Source: a virus. Taken from it: a stretch of 64,000 bases of DNA. The translations under genes were made by a program, and so were the position numbers. Positions within the stretch are counted from its first letter, which is position 1; each line of letters starts with the position of its first letter. Of the stretch, positions 46,401 through 57,100 are shown piece by piece. Below the pieces are notes generated by a model that had not been told where the DNA came from, made no database searches, and saw only the letters and a program-made list of their open reading frames with translations. The stretch lies in IMG/VR virus record IMGVR_UViG_3300027736_000020, positions 64,001 to 128,000 of that record. The stretch is one strand, 5' to 3'.

Positions 46401-49400
46401 TTGGTCCGTTTTGCAGCCAAATCCCATTATTGCTTCTTTTTGGAATCACGCCTTTTGCTAGTGCCAAAACTCCTGAATTTCCCGGAGAAGTATCATTTGT
46501 ATCGGCATATATTTTTTTGCCAATTGCCATGGCTCGAACAATTGCTGACATTTTTCTTGAAGAAAAATGCGTTTGAAAAAGAACCAACACATTTGAAAGA
46601 CTTTGCTGAAGCTGCATTGATGGACTGAAACCATTTCTTTTTGTTTCGTTTGAACTTGATGCGTATTGCCAGTCAATTTTAGGTTTCTGAAAGTTTCCGG
46701 GAATTGTTTGCGTTTGTGTTACGTAATCAAACGCTCTTCGAAGAACTTCTGGAGGATATGGTGAAATAACCAAGCTTGATCCATCTCGTTCTATGCCTCG
46801 TTGATAATAATTGTGTTCCCATGATTGACGGACATCTTCTTTCCTGTACGGCGCAATAAATTTTTCTAGAATTGTTCCTCCTTGTCTTGCCTCCTCAAGT
46901 TTTGGTTTTAAATCCATCATCCTTGAGACAAGATCATTGAAAGAAGCGGAAAAATCTCTTTTTCCATCTTCACCTACAGAATATTTTATGCCATATGCTC
47001 CGTTTTCCAGAATAATTCTTTTATTACCGGAAATCAAGATATCTGCAAGCTCTCTTTGTTCATCAGAATAACTGCTTGAGTTTTTATGCCAGCTTTCAGG
47101 ATCGATTGTTGCAAGAATTCTTCCTTGATGAGTGGTGCTTCCTGCTGTTCTCATTGTGCCGGTATCGTAAGTTTTTCCAATTCTTGTTTCCGGTGTCTCA
47201 AACGCAATTGTTCCCAACGACATTCCTGACTGAAGCCTGTTTCTTTTAAGAAGATAATCAGCTGACGGAGATTCTCCGGGAAGCCTTTCTGATATGATCA
47301 ATCCTCCATTTGCAAGTATTTCATTCATGAGAGTAGTTCTCGCAACATCTTTTGTTTGCGAAGCATTAAACAAAACAGGAACATTTTCTGCGTCAGAATT
47401 TAACCCTTCTCCAAGAATTGCAACGGTTTTTCCGTATCCTGAAGGAGTTTTTCCGTCTGGAGACATTGCAAATTTGTGACATATTGAATCTGTTCCGTGA
47501 GCTAATCCACTTATCATCACCCAATTGTTTTGAGCAAATTTTGCTGCAAGTGATGCGGCAAAAACAAATCCATTCCCAATTAATTGCGTACCTTTTTTGA
47601 GATTTGCACCACTCCAACTGCCCGGTTTGTCAGTCCCCATATTTCGCGTACCAACTCCTCCAACAGTTAATGCCTGCCCACTTGCAAGCGAATAAAGAAG
47701 ATTTTGGCCACTTGCTTCCTGTTCCGCATTCAAACCGTTATGACGGATAAATAATAGTTGCGGGGCATCTTCGCCAATGTTTCTCAAAAGCGCGGGATAT
47801 TTTTCCATTGATAATGGAGTGACTATTTCAGTGTTGGTTCTTGCAGCCCAAGCTTTGCAACTTTCTGCAAGATTTTTCAAAATTCCATCTCTTGCCATCG
47901 GTTGCAATGAATAATCTCGAATCATGGACTCAATACCATCATCTGTGATAGAAGAATTTACCTGTTTGATAAATTTTCTTACATCATTTCCCCCATCTTT
48001 AAAAAGTTTTGTTATTTTAGTGTTTAATGCGGTGTCAATCAATCTTTTTTCAAAATCATCCAATGATTCACCGTTAACAAAATTCATTTCTTTTGTTCCG
48101 TTGGTGTAATCCTCCGGGTCTCTATTGAAATCAAATGATTTTTGAGAATCTGGAATAAACAAAACAGGATTGTCAAATTCATTTCTGTTTTCATATATCA
48201 TTTCACTGGGATCAAATCCTGAATATCCTCCATCATACACTTTTGAGGTATTTTCAGGAATTATTGAACACAATAAGAACTGTTGTCCAAATTCTTTTGC
48301 TTTCTGAATTGCATCTAATTCTTTTTTTTCTATTGCCGGAACAATGTGTTCTTCAAATAACTGTTCTATTGTGTCTGCGTTGACATCTTTTACAGTTTGA
48401 TCTGCAGAAATTTCTCTTCTATTGTCTGTAGAGTTTCTAGATATTCTTTCTTTTTCAGCCGTATTATCATCAAGTATCTTGGAGCCTTCACTCCATATTT
48501 GTGTCCATCGAGGATTCGTCCAATGAAGTCCCAGTTTATCCAATGTCATTGCAAGGTTTGTCGCTGCAATTCTTCTTTCCATCTGGCTTTGCGTCAAGGG
48601 TTTTTCCTTGGAGAGAAATGTTCGGGTTCCTTGTTGAGAAGTATTGTCTCTTGAATTTCCGGACGTTACGGTGACCCTTTGCCCTGCGGGTCGAGGAAAA
48701 TCTTCTCCAAGGAATCCTCTTTCGTCGGCAAGCATGCTTTTTAGAACTTCGACTTGATTTTTTCGAAAAGAAGGAATGGGATCTCCAAGAACTGAAGCTA
48801 CACTTTTGGTCGAGGTTATTGCTCCTTTGTTTCCTTTCATGAAATAAACAAGCGGAGAACCTCCCTGTATTCCCTCGTTGTCTTTAACAGGACCAAGTCC
48901 GGGAATCAATCCAGTTATTGCATCAGGCAAATCGATTGAATTTGCAGGCACTATTTGAAAACCGAGCATGTCTGCTGTAATAGCCATTTGATGGGCTTTT
49001 TCAACATGGTTTGATAGTGCTTCTTCGGGATTTTTTTCGCCAAAATATGAAACTCCATTATTTGAAACATGAAGTTTGTGCTCTAATACAATTTTTAAAA
49101 AATCATCAAGTGTGATTGACTTTTCTTCTATTTTTGCACTTTCTCTCGAATCAGCATTTTCATTATATGTTAAGCCATTCAATTCCTGATGTTTTTTGGC
49201 CAATGTATCCATTAAAGCAAACAGTTTTGTTCCTTCTTTGTTTTCATTCAACCAATGGTTATCTTTTATAATATCAGGTCGTTCTATTGTATCTGTTGTT
49301 TGCAGCGGATCTTGTTCTGAATTATATGTATTTCTATTTATGTTATCTTGATCATTAATAAATGATTCTGGAGTCAGGCTTCTTATGTCATCATCTGGAT

Positions 49401-50139
49401 TTTCTTCATCTGCTTGTTTTTGTTCCAGCTCAAGAGTTTCAGGAACATACGGATCTTGTTCGTCTCGTTCATATGATGATGCAGGATCATCTCTTATAAA
49501 TACGGTTTTTGGAACAAGAGACATTATCTCCATTCTCATTTGCTGTATAACAAGCGCCTGTAAAGCCATAGGAATGTATGCTATTCCATCCTTGATTTGC
49601 AATCTTGCTGTTGTTGAGGGTGCATCTTCATTCTTTGGCGAATATTGGAGTTTTTCAGACAATGATCTTACAAAGTCTTCAATATTTCCATGAGTTTCTC
49701 CATTGAGGCCTACTGATTTCAAGTAGTCAAAATTACCTGAAGCGGCTGTTTCAACAGCGGACTTTGCGTTTATTTTTCCTGAACTGGTGACATGAGAATC
49801 TAATCCTCCAACGGTTATCTGTCCATCGTCGTGATAATACGTTGGAACTCCATAATGAAATGCTTCCTCTTCATCTCCGTCAAACTCTTGATCTTGTCTG
49901 TCTTCATGAATGTCAGGCGTGGTTGCATCTCCATGCATATCCGCAACAATTGCAGAGGATTTTCCTCTCTCCGTTGTGACGGATTCATTTTTGGTAATTG
50001 ATCCCGAACTTCTTCCATATACCCATTCCCATGCTTCTGATCCATCCTCATGACGTACGCGTTTCCAAAACCCTACTCCTCCCCTGCTTCCGGGATTTTG
50101 AATTCTTCTGTATGGCTGAGGAAACTGAGGGTTAATCAT
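43471..50139 (-). CDS. Giant polyvalent protein with DprA/Smf (SLOG) domain
   Basis: 2222 aa. At about 47090-47820: KYPALLRNIGEDAPQLLF, VGGVGTR, ISGLAHGTDSICH, GKTVAILGEGL, GGLIISERLPG, KRNRLQSGMS, GTMRTA...QGR, a complete DprA Rossmann core. Confidence 0.85.
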   Translation of the reverse strand: MINPQFPQPYRRIQNPGSRGGVGFWKRVRHEDGSEAWEWVYGRSSGSITKNESVTTERGKSSAIVADMHGDATTPDIHEDRQDQEFDGDEEEAFHYGVPTYYHDDGQITVGGLDSHVTSSGKINAKSAVETAASGNFDYLKSVGLNGETHGNIEDFVRSLSEKLQYSPKNEDAPSTTARLQIKDGIAYIPMALQALVIQQMRMEIMSLVPKTVFIRDDPASSYERDEQDPYVPETLELEQKQADEENPDDDIRSLTPESFINDQDNINRNTYNSEQDPLQTTDTIERPDIIKDNHWLNENKEGTKLFALMDTLAKKHQELNGLTYNENADSRESAKIEEKSITLDDFLKIVLEHKLHVSNNGVSYFGEKNPEEALSNHVEKAHQMAITADMLGFQIVPANSIDLPDAITGLIPGLGPVKDNEGIQGGSPLVYFMKGNKGAITSTKSVASVLGDPIPSFRKNQVEVLKSMLADERGFLGEDFPRPAGQRVTVTSGNSRDNTSQQGTRTFLSKEKPLTQSQMERRIAATNLAMTLDKLGLHWTNPRWTQIWSEGSKILDDNTAEKERISRNSTDNRREISADQTVKDVNADTIEQLFEEHIVPAIEKKELDAIQKAKEFGQQFLLCSIIPENTSKVYDGGYSGFDPSEMIYENRNEFDNPVLFIPDSQKSFDFNRDPEDYTNGTKEMNFVNGESLDDFEKRLIDTALNTKITKLFKDGGNDVRKFIKQVNSSITDDGIESMIRDYSLQPMARDGILKNLAESCKAWAARTNTEIVTPLSMEKYPALLRNIGEDAPQLLFIRHNGLNAEQEASGQNLLYSLASGQALTVGGVGTRNMGTDKPGSWSGANLKKGTQLIGNGFVFAASLAAKFAQNNWVMISGLAHGTDSICHKFAMSPDGKTPSGYGKTVAILGEGLNSDAENVPVLFNASQTKDVARTTLMNEILANGGLIISERLPGESPSADYLLKRNRLQSGMSLGTIAFETPETRIGKTYDTGTMRTAGSTTHQGRILATIDPESWHKNSSSYSDEQRELADILISGNKRIILENGAYGIKYSVGEDGKRDFSASFNDLVSRMMDLKPKLEEARQGGTILEKFIAPYRKEDVRQSWEHNYYQRGIERDGSSLVISPYPPEVLRRAFDYVTQTQTIPGNFQKPKIDWQYASSSNETKRNGFSPSMQLQQSLSNVLVLFQTHFSSRKMSAIVRAMAIGKKIYADTNDTSPGNSGVLALAKGVIPKRSNNGIWLQNGPKNYWKWNVDDLNYSTEYGGNKQIHDFNNGISLSEEENVSDRKQIGIASLKRMRFDPRIKSSTYVLGAPSSPIRIEVKRQTRAYTTTNRTGGQTTVPVMLQQIMMFREGLGGKKFVISKHTYYYPSNVSSGNGIKKFNNYVDSTGKVQSMIILAEYTARRQRFQSIAKEQASANIAGGKKILASKVKINGSARGLMESTGPVIEPNGSPLDPRHIDGYAHDQYPEFTYDDSQKNIPQDAFEDYSASTSNVVSKGDEVHINCPWTDDAVDSSVRQVKSLISDDKGKPKVVFPGSNFLSKIFDENKNHVWGLKANNFITPMQTLFGRNNGYGSEDFSGINSGRVQRAREITGLLGQPQQISRLAEQWFKNLAKSNVMLYFVPQSPLMFAPIPTRSLTTTGKDLSMVVPAVTFSSSKDANDILFLPQARASQDTTVKTKDTDTDDGWKTKLLNGKSGTIDKSKELGFSSSVNFQGKDFETATQRRPSTFVVIGTTTTGNRSKDMEHMYLAMGMAANVGFANNIGNNRTSPVVPLSEQIDGLMTLATDQLYGKKYVDAVAGIQDSDLASSDPSLLLKQKKAIFFAKAYMRYVYLKTNPNGSAPFPEVDDFATNIPVTERGSYNTVIKSIKAIVDKHCEASYSPNNQTSIQGKSLKEDVSKEKIERDSTLTRDAIGYTPRRSVIEKVISSYTNGSSQRLQLTDFKIITVEGKKFSDLNKKQKYQWIDKLSEAAGQSQIQFNPLNFNGRNTWNFILDMQDERNAKVNSLFDNFGITPNTGTRPAGIGTFDDESSKVLALYGVYSKEKEMYENWANNSDFEGIRRKLFDGIKEKKLETDSPDSPITRADVVARIREETDDENEQNRMMKAMFWRTFLTSEYDGSTGGDVYKKYLENMGISMPQQISQELQEHMDTQTGKVKYIFRGGFSNYGKNTDQIPDDVFKDPARVTLSFTEWTKKILGHINGDQSEPFFNACTQISSANS
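48657..48686. repeat. 30-nt dispersed repeat, copy 1
   Basis: ttccggacgttacggtgaccctttgccctg; 29/30 identical to 56975..57004. Confidence 0.9.
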
Positions 50140-50143
50140 TTTT

Positions 50144-50407
50144 TCATTCCTGATCTTCTAACATTTTCTCTTTTTTTATGGAATTTTTTGCATGATCAAT
50201 CTCTTCTTGTGAAGCATTTATTTTAAACAGATATTTTAAATAATTTTCAGCTTCTTCTAGATAAATATTTTTGTTATTTTGATAAAATAATTTTTTATGA
50301 AGTTTTTTCTTCTTGTTGTCCCTGTTTTTTCCTTCAAAATCTTCTTCAGTTTTCTTGGTGTTTTTCTTGCTAGAAATATTTTTTTGAAAAGACATTTTAT
50401 TCTCCAT
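50144..50407 (-). CDS. Hypothetical Lys-rich protein
   Basis: 87 aa; fills the gap between co-oriented genes. Confidence 0.55.
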   Translation of the reverse strand: MENKMSFQKNISSKKNTKKTEEDFEGKNRDNKKKKLHKKLFYQNNKNIYLEEAENYLKYLFKINASQEEIDHAKNSIKKEKMLEDQE

Positions 50408-50429
50408 TTAATTTATGAGCAAACATGCA

Positions 50430-51110
50430 TTAGTCATCGTCTTCAGGATAATTTTGGTCGTCTATTCCGTCTTCATCTTGAATTGACCCAACTGCTGGCG
50501 GTCTGTAATGATCCGCAGAAAGAGTATACCCTTCTGGAATTTTTGGTGTTACATCAAAACCAGTGTATGGGTTCAGTTCATTTGGATGAAAATGCTCCAG
50601 AGGATGTATTCCAAGAGGGTTCGATCTCTTTATCTTACCCCGTCTATCTGAGTGCCTACCTGCTGGAGTTCCTTCTATTCCGGGATATTCAGTGTGAACT
50701 CCAAAAAATCCCAATATTGAGTGAGGTTTTGTCTTTTCAGCTTCTGGTGTTATTCTAAGTCCTCTTGTTTGTATCTCTTGCAATTTCTTGTATTCCTCTG
50801 GACTTGGAACGACATTTTGCGAATTGCCAGATAACCGTGCACTTAATCTGGAAAATATTGAAAATTCTCCGGGTGACAATCCCAACAATTCTGGATTCAT
50901 TTCTCCTTTTTTCGCTTCCGTCGATGATGGATAATAAGGATTTATTGGACGGATTGTTCCAGTATCTATTGTACCAGTATCAATTACATTTTCTTCTACT
51001 GAATCGTTAAGAGCGTCGGAAGGTAGTGTTCGGCCTTGGCCTAAATCTTCATCATCATCGTAGTCGTCGTCTATATCTTCAGTAACTGATGATTTTTTAA
51101 AAAAGAGCAT
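50430..51110 (-). CDS. Hypothetical protein, possible internal virion protein
   Basis: 226 aa. Begins MLFFKKS, nearly the same as the MLIFKKS start of the 2566-aa neighbour. Confidence 0.7.
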   Translation of the reverse strand: MLFFKKSSVTEDIDDDYDDDEDLGQGRTLPSDALNDSVEENVIDTGTIDTGTIRPINPYYPSSTEAKKGEMNPELLGLSPGEFSIFSRLSARLSGNSQNVVPSPEEYKKLQEIQTRGLRITPEAEKTKPHSILGFFGVHTEYPGIEGTPAGRHSDRRGKIKRSNPLGIHPLEHFHPNELNPYTGFDVTPKIPEGYTLSADHYRPPAVGSIQDEDGIDDQNYPEDDD

Positions 51111-51128
51111 TTTTTAATCCTAGTCTTT

Positions 51129-54100
51129 TCATGAATTTTCTGTATACATAGATCTTTTTAGATTTATTTTTTCCAATAATTCCTCAAGAAAAGGAGACCT
51201 TCCGTTTGAAGCAGTGCATATATGCAATTCATTTTCCGCTCTTGTCATTGCAACGTAAAAAAGATTTTTTTCTTGTTCTCGTGCAATTTCGTAATCTTTT
51301 TCATCTTTGCTTTCTGAAATGCGACTGTGCGGCCACCTATCATCCGTTACATTGTACAAAAATACTGTTTCAAATTCAGATCCTTTTGATTGATGTGCGT
51401 TTATTACTACTACTCCGCTTTTCTGTTCTTCATCGTGAGGTTCACCCCCAAAGTCTTCTTGCATTTCTTGATACAAGGTCATATCTTTGGAAGATGGAGC
51501 AACTTCTATTTTTAAATTGTAAAGTCTTTTCCTGAGGTCTGCAGCTTCTTTATTGGTTCTGCAAATAATTGCCATTGGAGGAACAAACACCCCTGCTCCC
51601 TTGTCTGTCCAAGGTATACGAACTCGATCATCTGGCCGGGCTTCGGATCCAAATTTTTTTCTAATGATGCTTGCCATGTAATTATCTTGCTCATTCATGG
51701 ATGCTTTTCCACTTTTGCTTTTGGCATTGAAAATATTTACTGTCCCTGACGCAGATCCAATTGTATCCCCCATTTTTCCAGAAATCCAATTTCTGCCGTC
51801 AAAAATAGTTGCCAATTGTGCCAATATGTATCTTGCTCGATAATTTACGCCAAGCATGACATTTTTTACTTTTCCTCTTGTGGAACCATTAAATAATCCA
51901 TGCCATTTTTCAAAATTTGTCGCATCAGAGAATTCTGTATTTGCGCCTCTGAATCCATATATAGCTTGATGTTCGTCGCCAACAACGGTGAGATTTGCTC
52001 CGTTTGATGCTGTTACTGCCTTAATAAGTCTTCTTTGCATTAAATTTATATCTTGAAATTCATCAACCATTACATGACGATATCTCGCTCGTACGTTATT
52101 CCTATCGTGATTGTTGTTTTCAAGATGTTTTGCTACTTTTGATATTAAGTCAGAATAATCCAGTTGATTATTGCTAGAAAGCATTTCATTGTATTTATGC
52201 CATATTCTTTCCAAAACAGGATTTTCCTTAATTTCTGACATGTTTTCAGTATCTTTTGCAGCCTGTATCTTTGTTGCAATTGTGGAGGAAAGACTTCCTT
52301 CTCCGGTATTTAATGCTCTCAACGCTACTTGTTGAGGCAAAGTAAATTGATTTATTATTGCAGTAATCATCTCTTCTTGTTTGTTTGTTCCTACCAATTG
52401 CAAATCTGGATCAAATGCTTTCTTTGTTCCTGTTTTTGCATTGTAATTTATTCCATCTATATTTAAAGCATCTACACCAGTAATTAATGAAAGGGCAAAA
52501 GAATGTGTTGTTGCTATTGTTGGATTTGCTCTGTCATCATTTATGTTGCCTGTTTTGAACGATAAAATACCGTCTTGCTTGCTTTTGTCTCTTAATTCGT
52601 TGTCAGTAAGACCTTCTTGTGTCAAAAATGTTGCAAATTTTCCCTTTTCTGCCGTGAATGAATCTTTGACTCTTCTTCTTGCGTCCCGAGAAAAAGTCAA
52701 CATGAGTATTTGTTCTTGGGAAACTCCGTATAATGACGACAACATGAGCATCAAAGCAACCAATGATTTTGTTTTTCCTGATCCCGGAATTCCCTTAACA
52801 ATTGTAGGTCCTGTGTTGTCTTGTTTTATTGCTGCCAATTGCGTGTCATTAAGCATGTCTTCAAAATATTTCGTTATTGCAACTTCTCTTGTGGCCCCAT
52901 TTCTTCCCCTTATGGTTTGAGCAGCTGTAGTCAATGTCGGACTTTGTCTGTCTCCTGAATCTCTAACAGTATTAACGGGAATTCTTTCGTGATCTTCAAT
53001 TTTGGATCCATTAGTATTTTCTTGCATGAGATCCTCATATCCATCAGGATATCTTCCATTCTCAAAAGCATTTGTCCAATTTATTCTGTTTTTTGCTTCT
53101 CCTTGTTTTGCTATCCAAAACAGCCTTAAAACTTCTCTTGTCCTTTCTTCATCGTCTGCACTATCATCATTTATTGCTTTTAGTTTTTGTATCAATGGAA
53201 TAGATGTGTCAGTTTCCTTCAGTGCAATTTTAAGAATGTCTAAAGCGTCTTTTTTTGTATCATCATCTTGCATTGATTTTTCAACATAACTGTCGCACAA
53301 CTGCCAATACAAATCTGACAAAGGATTCTTTGATCGTGATCCCCAGAATATTGTTCCATCTGATGCTTTCCATGTTGTTTCTGCTCCATCTACAGCAGAA
53401 GAGCTTAATCCTTGACCGCCCGGAAGAGATTCTATTGAATTTTTGTTTCCTGAATGAATAACAATGTTTATTTTCAAAGATTTTAATATGTCAAGCAATT
53501 CCTTGCTAAAAGATCCAATGGTTTTTCTCATGTCTTGAGGAGAAATAGTCCAATAATCAGGTATGTCTGTTGTTGTTGCGCGAGAATAATGTTCTGGAAT
53601 AGTAAAAACATGATTTTTTAGAAACTCACCATGTTCAGGAAATTTGTCAAATATTCCATCTTCATTAATTCCTGCCCTCAATGGTGATGGACTTGATGTG
53701 ACATCATCAGCAATATTTTTTAGAATCCGCATTGAAGGAATTGTTGCTGCTTCAGAATTTATGATTGCTTGATGATTTCGAAGTAATTGATCCTGTGATC
53801 CGTTATTCAAAGAAGAAATAATTTTGAAAATATCCGTAATAGCATCTGTATATGAAGATTGTTCAGATTGCGGTGGAATTCTATATATAACATCACTTGG
53901 TGAAATCTTGTGAATTGCAAATTGTTTTTCAGTTTTTTCTATGCGGTCTTTTTCTTTTTGAGATTTATCAAACGCTTCATTTATTGCCGCTGTTCTTGTT
54001 TCCGGATCTTTATCATAGCTTCCATTGAACAATTGTTCGTTTTTACTAAATTCTTCAAATTCTGTTTTCAATGATAAAAGTGTAGTGGCTGCATCACTTA

Positions 54101-57100
54101 TTTCTTTTTTATCACTTCTTGCTAATTGTTCTAAATTTCCTTTTGAAAATGAGAATCCAAGACTATAGCCTTTTCTTTCGTCAAGAGCATACAATGTTCC
54201 TTCTGCCCTGTCTATGTCTTTTACTAGTGTCCATTTTTCGACATCTCTGGCATTTGTAAACGAATTTGTTGACTGATAAGGAAATCTCATGTTATCATCA
54301 TCAGGTTTTGCGTCTGTTTTAATTGCTATTTTAGATCCCGGCAATAACGATGCTCCATTCAAGATGGTGTTTGCGTTATGAGTATCTATAATTACAAAAT
54401 GAACAGCAGTTCGTCTTAATTTTTTTTCTTCGTCTTTTTTTAATTTTCTTCTCTGATCATAACTATTCGGATCTGCATCGTCCAATGCTTTTGGAGCGCT
54501 GAATCTACCAAACAACTCTTGTGCTCCACTCCATAATTTAGAAATTCTTCCTTGTTCTACTTCTTTGTCAAGATTTAATTTTTCGTTATTTTTTTTGCTG
54601 AAAAGTCCACTCATATCAAGATAAAGGCTTTTGGGGTCTGCAAGTCTTCCAAACATTTTTGAAAAAAATAGTGACGCATAATTTTTGTCTTTTTTGTCAA
54701 GAAGGGTTTGTTGATGCTGACTGTTTGGTTTGATTGCATCATCAGTATGATTGTCTTCGGATTCATAATCTGTATCTGAAACAACAGGTAACATTACAAC
54801 AGCAAAATTTCCTCTTGTCGCTACTATTCTCCCTATAGCACTAGGATTAACTCCTTCAGCTGCTAAGCTAGCCAAACCTTTTGTAAAAAATTCTTTTATT
54901 TCAGGATCAATGTTCCATCCAGTAAAGCTTTGCAACCTTTCAAGTTGTTGATTATTTGATAAATTAGCATTAATATTTCCATGATCTGCAATTTCTGAAA
55001 TTTGAGTTATTTCTGATGGCCGGAAAACGCCTAAATCTAACTGGGGAACATTTGTATTGCCCAATACTGCATCCAGCGTATTGTTTGCAGCACTTTTTAC
55101 ACTTGAAAAATTACTACTAAAAAGATTATTATCTGCTTTCATTTTATGCGACAGCAATTGCGCTTGATGTCTTATGGGTGTCATGTCAACCCAATATTTA
55201 GTATTGCCGTTGGCATCTTTTCCAGATATTACTTTCAATGAAATGCTTATTGAATTACCAGTGTTTGTGGTTGCCTGATTGCCATTTGCTGGATTTTCTT
55301 GATCTATCCTTTTTGTTCCAGAAAACGTCAATCCATTTATTGTAATAAATTTACCATTTGCCGAAAGACTAAACCCAAGATTTTGTCCTTCAGTCATTAT
55401 GACTCTGTCACCTACCTGTGCATCTGCATTGTCTGCAATAATTAATCCTTTCTTATTATTTATTTTATTTTTCAATCCATTTGTTACTATTTTCAAGAGC
55501 TCTGCTTTGCTGGTTATTGGTGTTTTTTCAGGTTGCTCGACCCCAAAAAAAGCAAGTGACCCATATTCGTCATTTACCAATGAATGTGGAAACACCCATT
55601 CATGTGCCAAGCTTGGCTTTTCTCCATAAATTTTTCTCTCATCATCGGTTACGGGAGAAACATTTAGAGCAGTTATTACGGATGCTACTTCAGCTGGCGG
55701 AACATCCTTGGGAAGAGCGGCAGGATGTGTAAATCCTGTTTGCAAAATTGTATTATCTTTTTCGGCTTCATTGATTTTGACCAAAATATCATCATTGTCA
55801 ATAAGCCTTCTTATGGTGACAGATGGATGTTCTCCGGCAGGAGAAACAATAGGACTAGCACTAATTTTTGCTTGTTTTGCGATAATCATTGAGGGACTAT
55901 CTGCTGGACCTACCGCGCCATTGAGCATCATTCCGTCTGCAGGTTCTTGTTGTATTAGATTTCCATTTACGTCAAGCATTTTAGGGGTTTCTGAATTTTT
56001 CAATGCAATTGCTGCAACAAAATGTTGATTAGCTGCATGTTGAGCCATCGTGTCTTCAACAATTGATAATGCATAATTATAAAGTGCTCTTTTTTGAGCA
56101 CTATCGCCGCCACGTGAAGCGATTTTTATTTTTTGTTCTGCGTTATACTCCTGTTTTGTTTTAGAAAGTGAATCAAGAATATTTTGTGAACTAATTGATG
56201 TTGAATCGAGCAATTCAATAAAATCTTTTTCTGATGGATTTTTTGGCTTTCCTCTTTTAAAAACTGTATATTTTGAATTTTCTCTTGTTTCTTTTATCCA
56301 TTTCTCAATTTTTTCTTGTAATTCTCCTGCAAGATTTCCTTCTTCGATTTTTCTTTTTAAAAGAACATACTTGTCACCATCACTATTGTGCTTTTCCCAA
56401 GCACTTATTTTTTTTCTATCTTCTATTTGATCTTTAAGTGCTCCATGATTTGTCCCTGAATTTGAGCGCAAAAATGACGCAATATATTCGTCATCGGTTG
56501 GTTCGTCATTCTTGAGTTCAAAATCAGGATTTTTTATTTCATCCGCTACTTCATATGTGACTTGCGATATGGGAGTTGGCGGAGCTTTTTTCCAAAATGG
56601 ACTAGTGGCAAAAAAACTTTTTTTCTGATCAGGATTCAGGCCATTAAGAGTATCGTCGAAATTTTTCGTTGATTTGTACAGTGATCCATCTGGATTTTCT
56701 TTGTATATGAGAACGTGCATTTTAGTAAAATCATTTTCAAATTTTACATGAGCAAACATTGTTTCAACACCTGTTGTTGGTGGCCTAAGTCTAAAGAATA
56801 AGCTGCCATTTTCCATTCGAATAGGGTCAGTTCCTAATTCCGGCGGTTCTGCAACGGAGAATTTTGACACATCAGAGGGAATGTCTCTATGAATATCTTG
56901 AAAAGCTCCTGCTGTTCCAATTGGTTCAGAACCATCTGGAAAATATTCGCGATCATTGCCTGCTATAGTGGTTATTCCGGACGTTACGGTGACCCTTCGC
57001 CCTGTTGCATCAACAGGAGCAACTATTCCGGGCTGCTCCCTCATGTATTGAAGTGCTTTCTTTTTGATTGTTTCAATATCTGCTTGTCCATTTCCATTAA

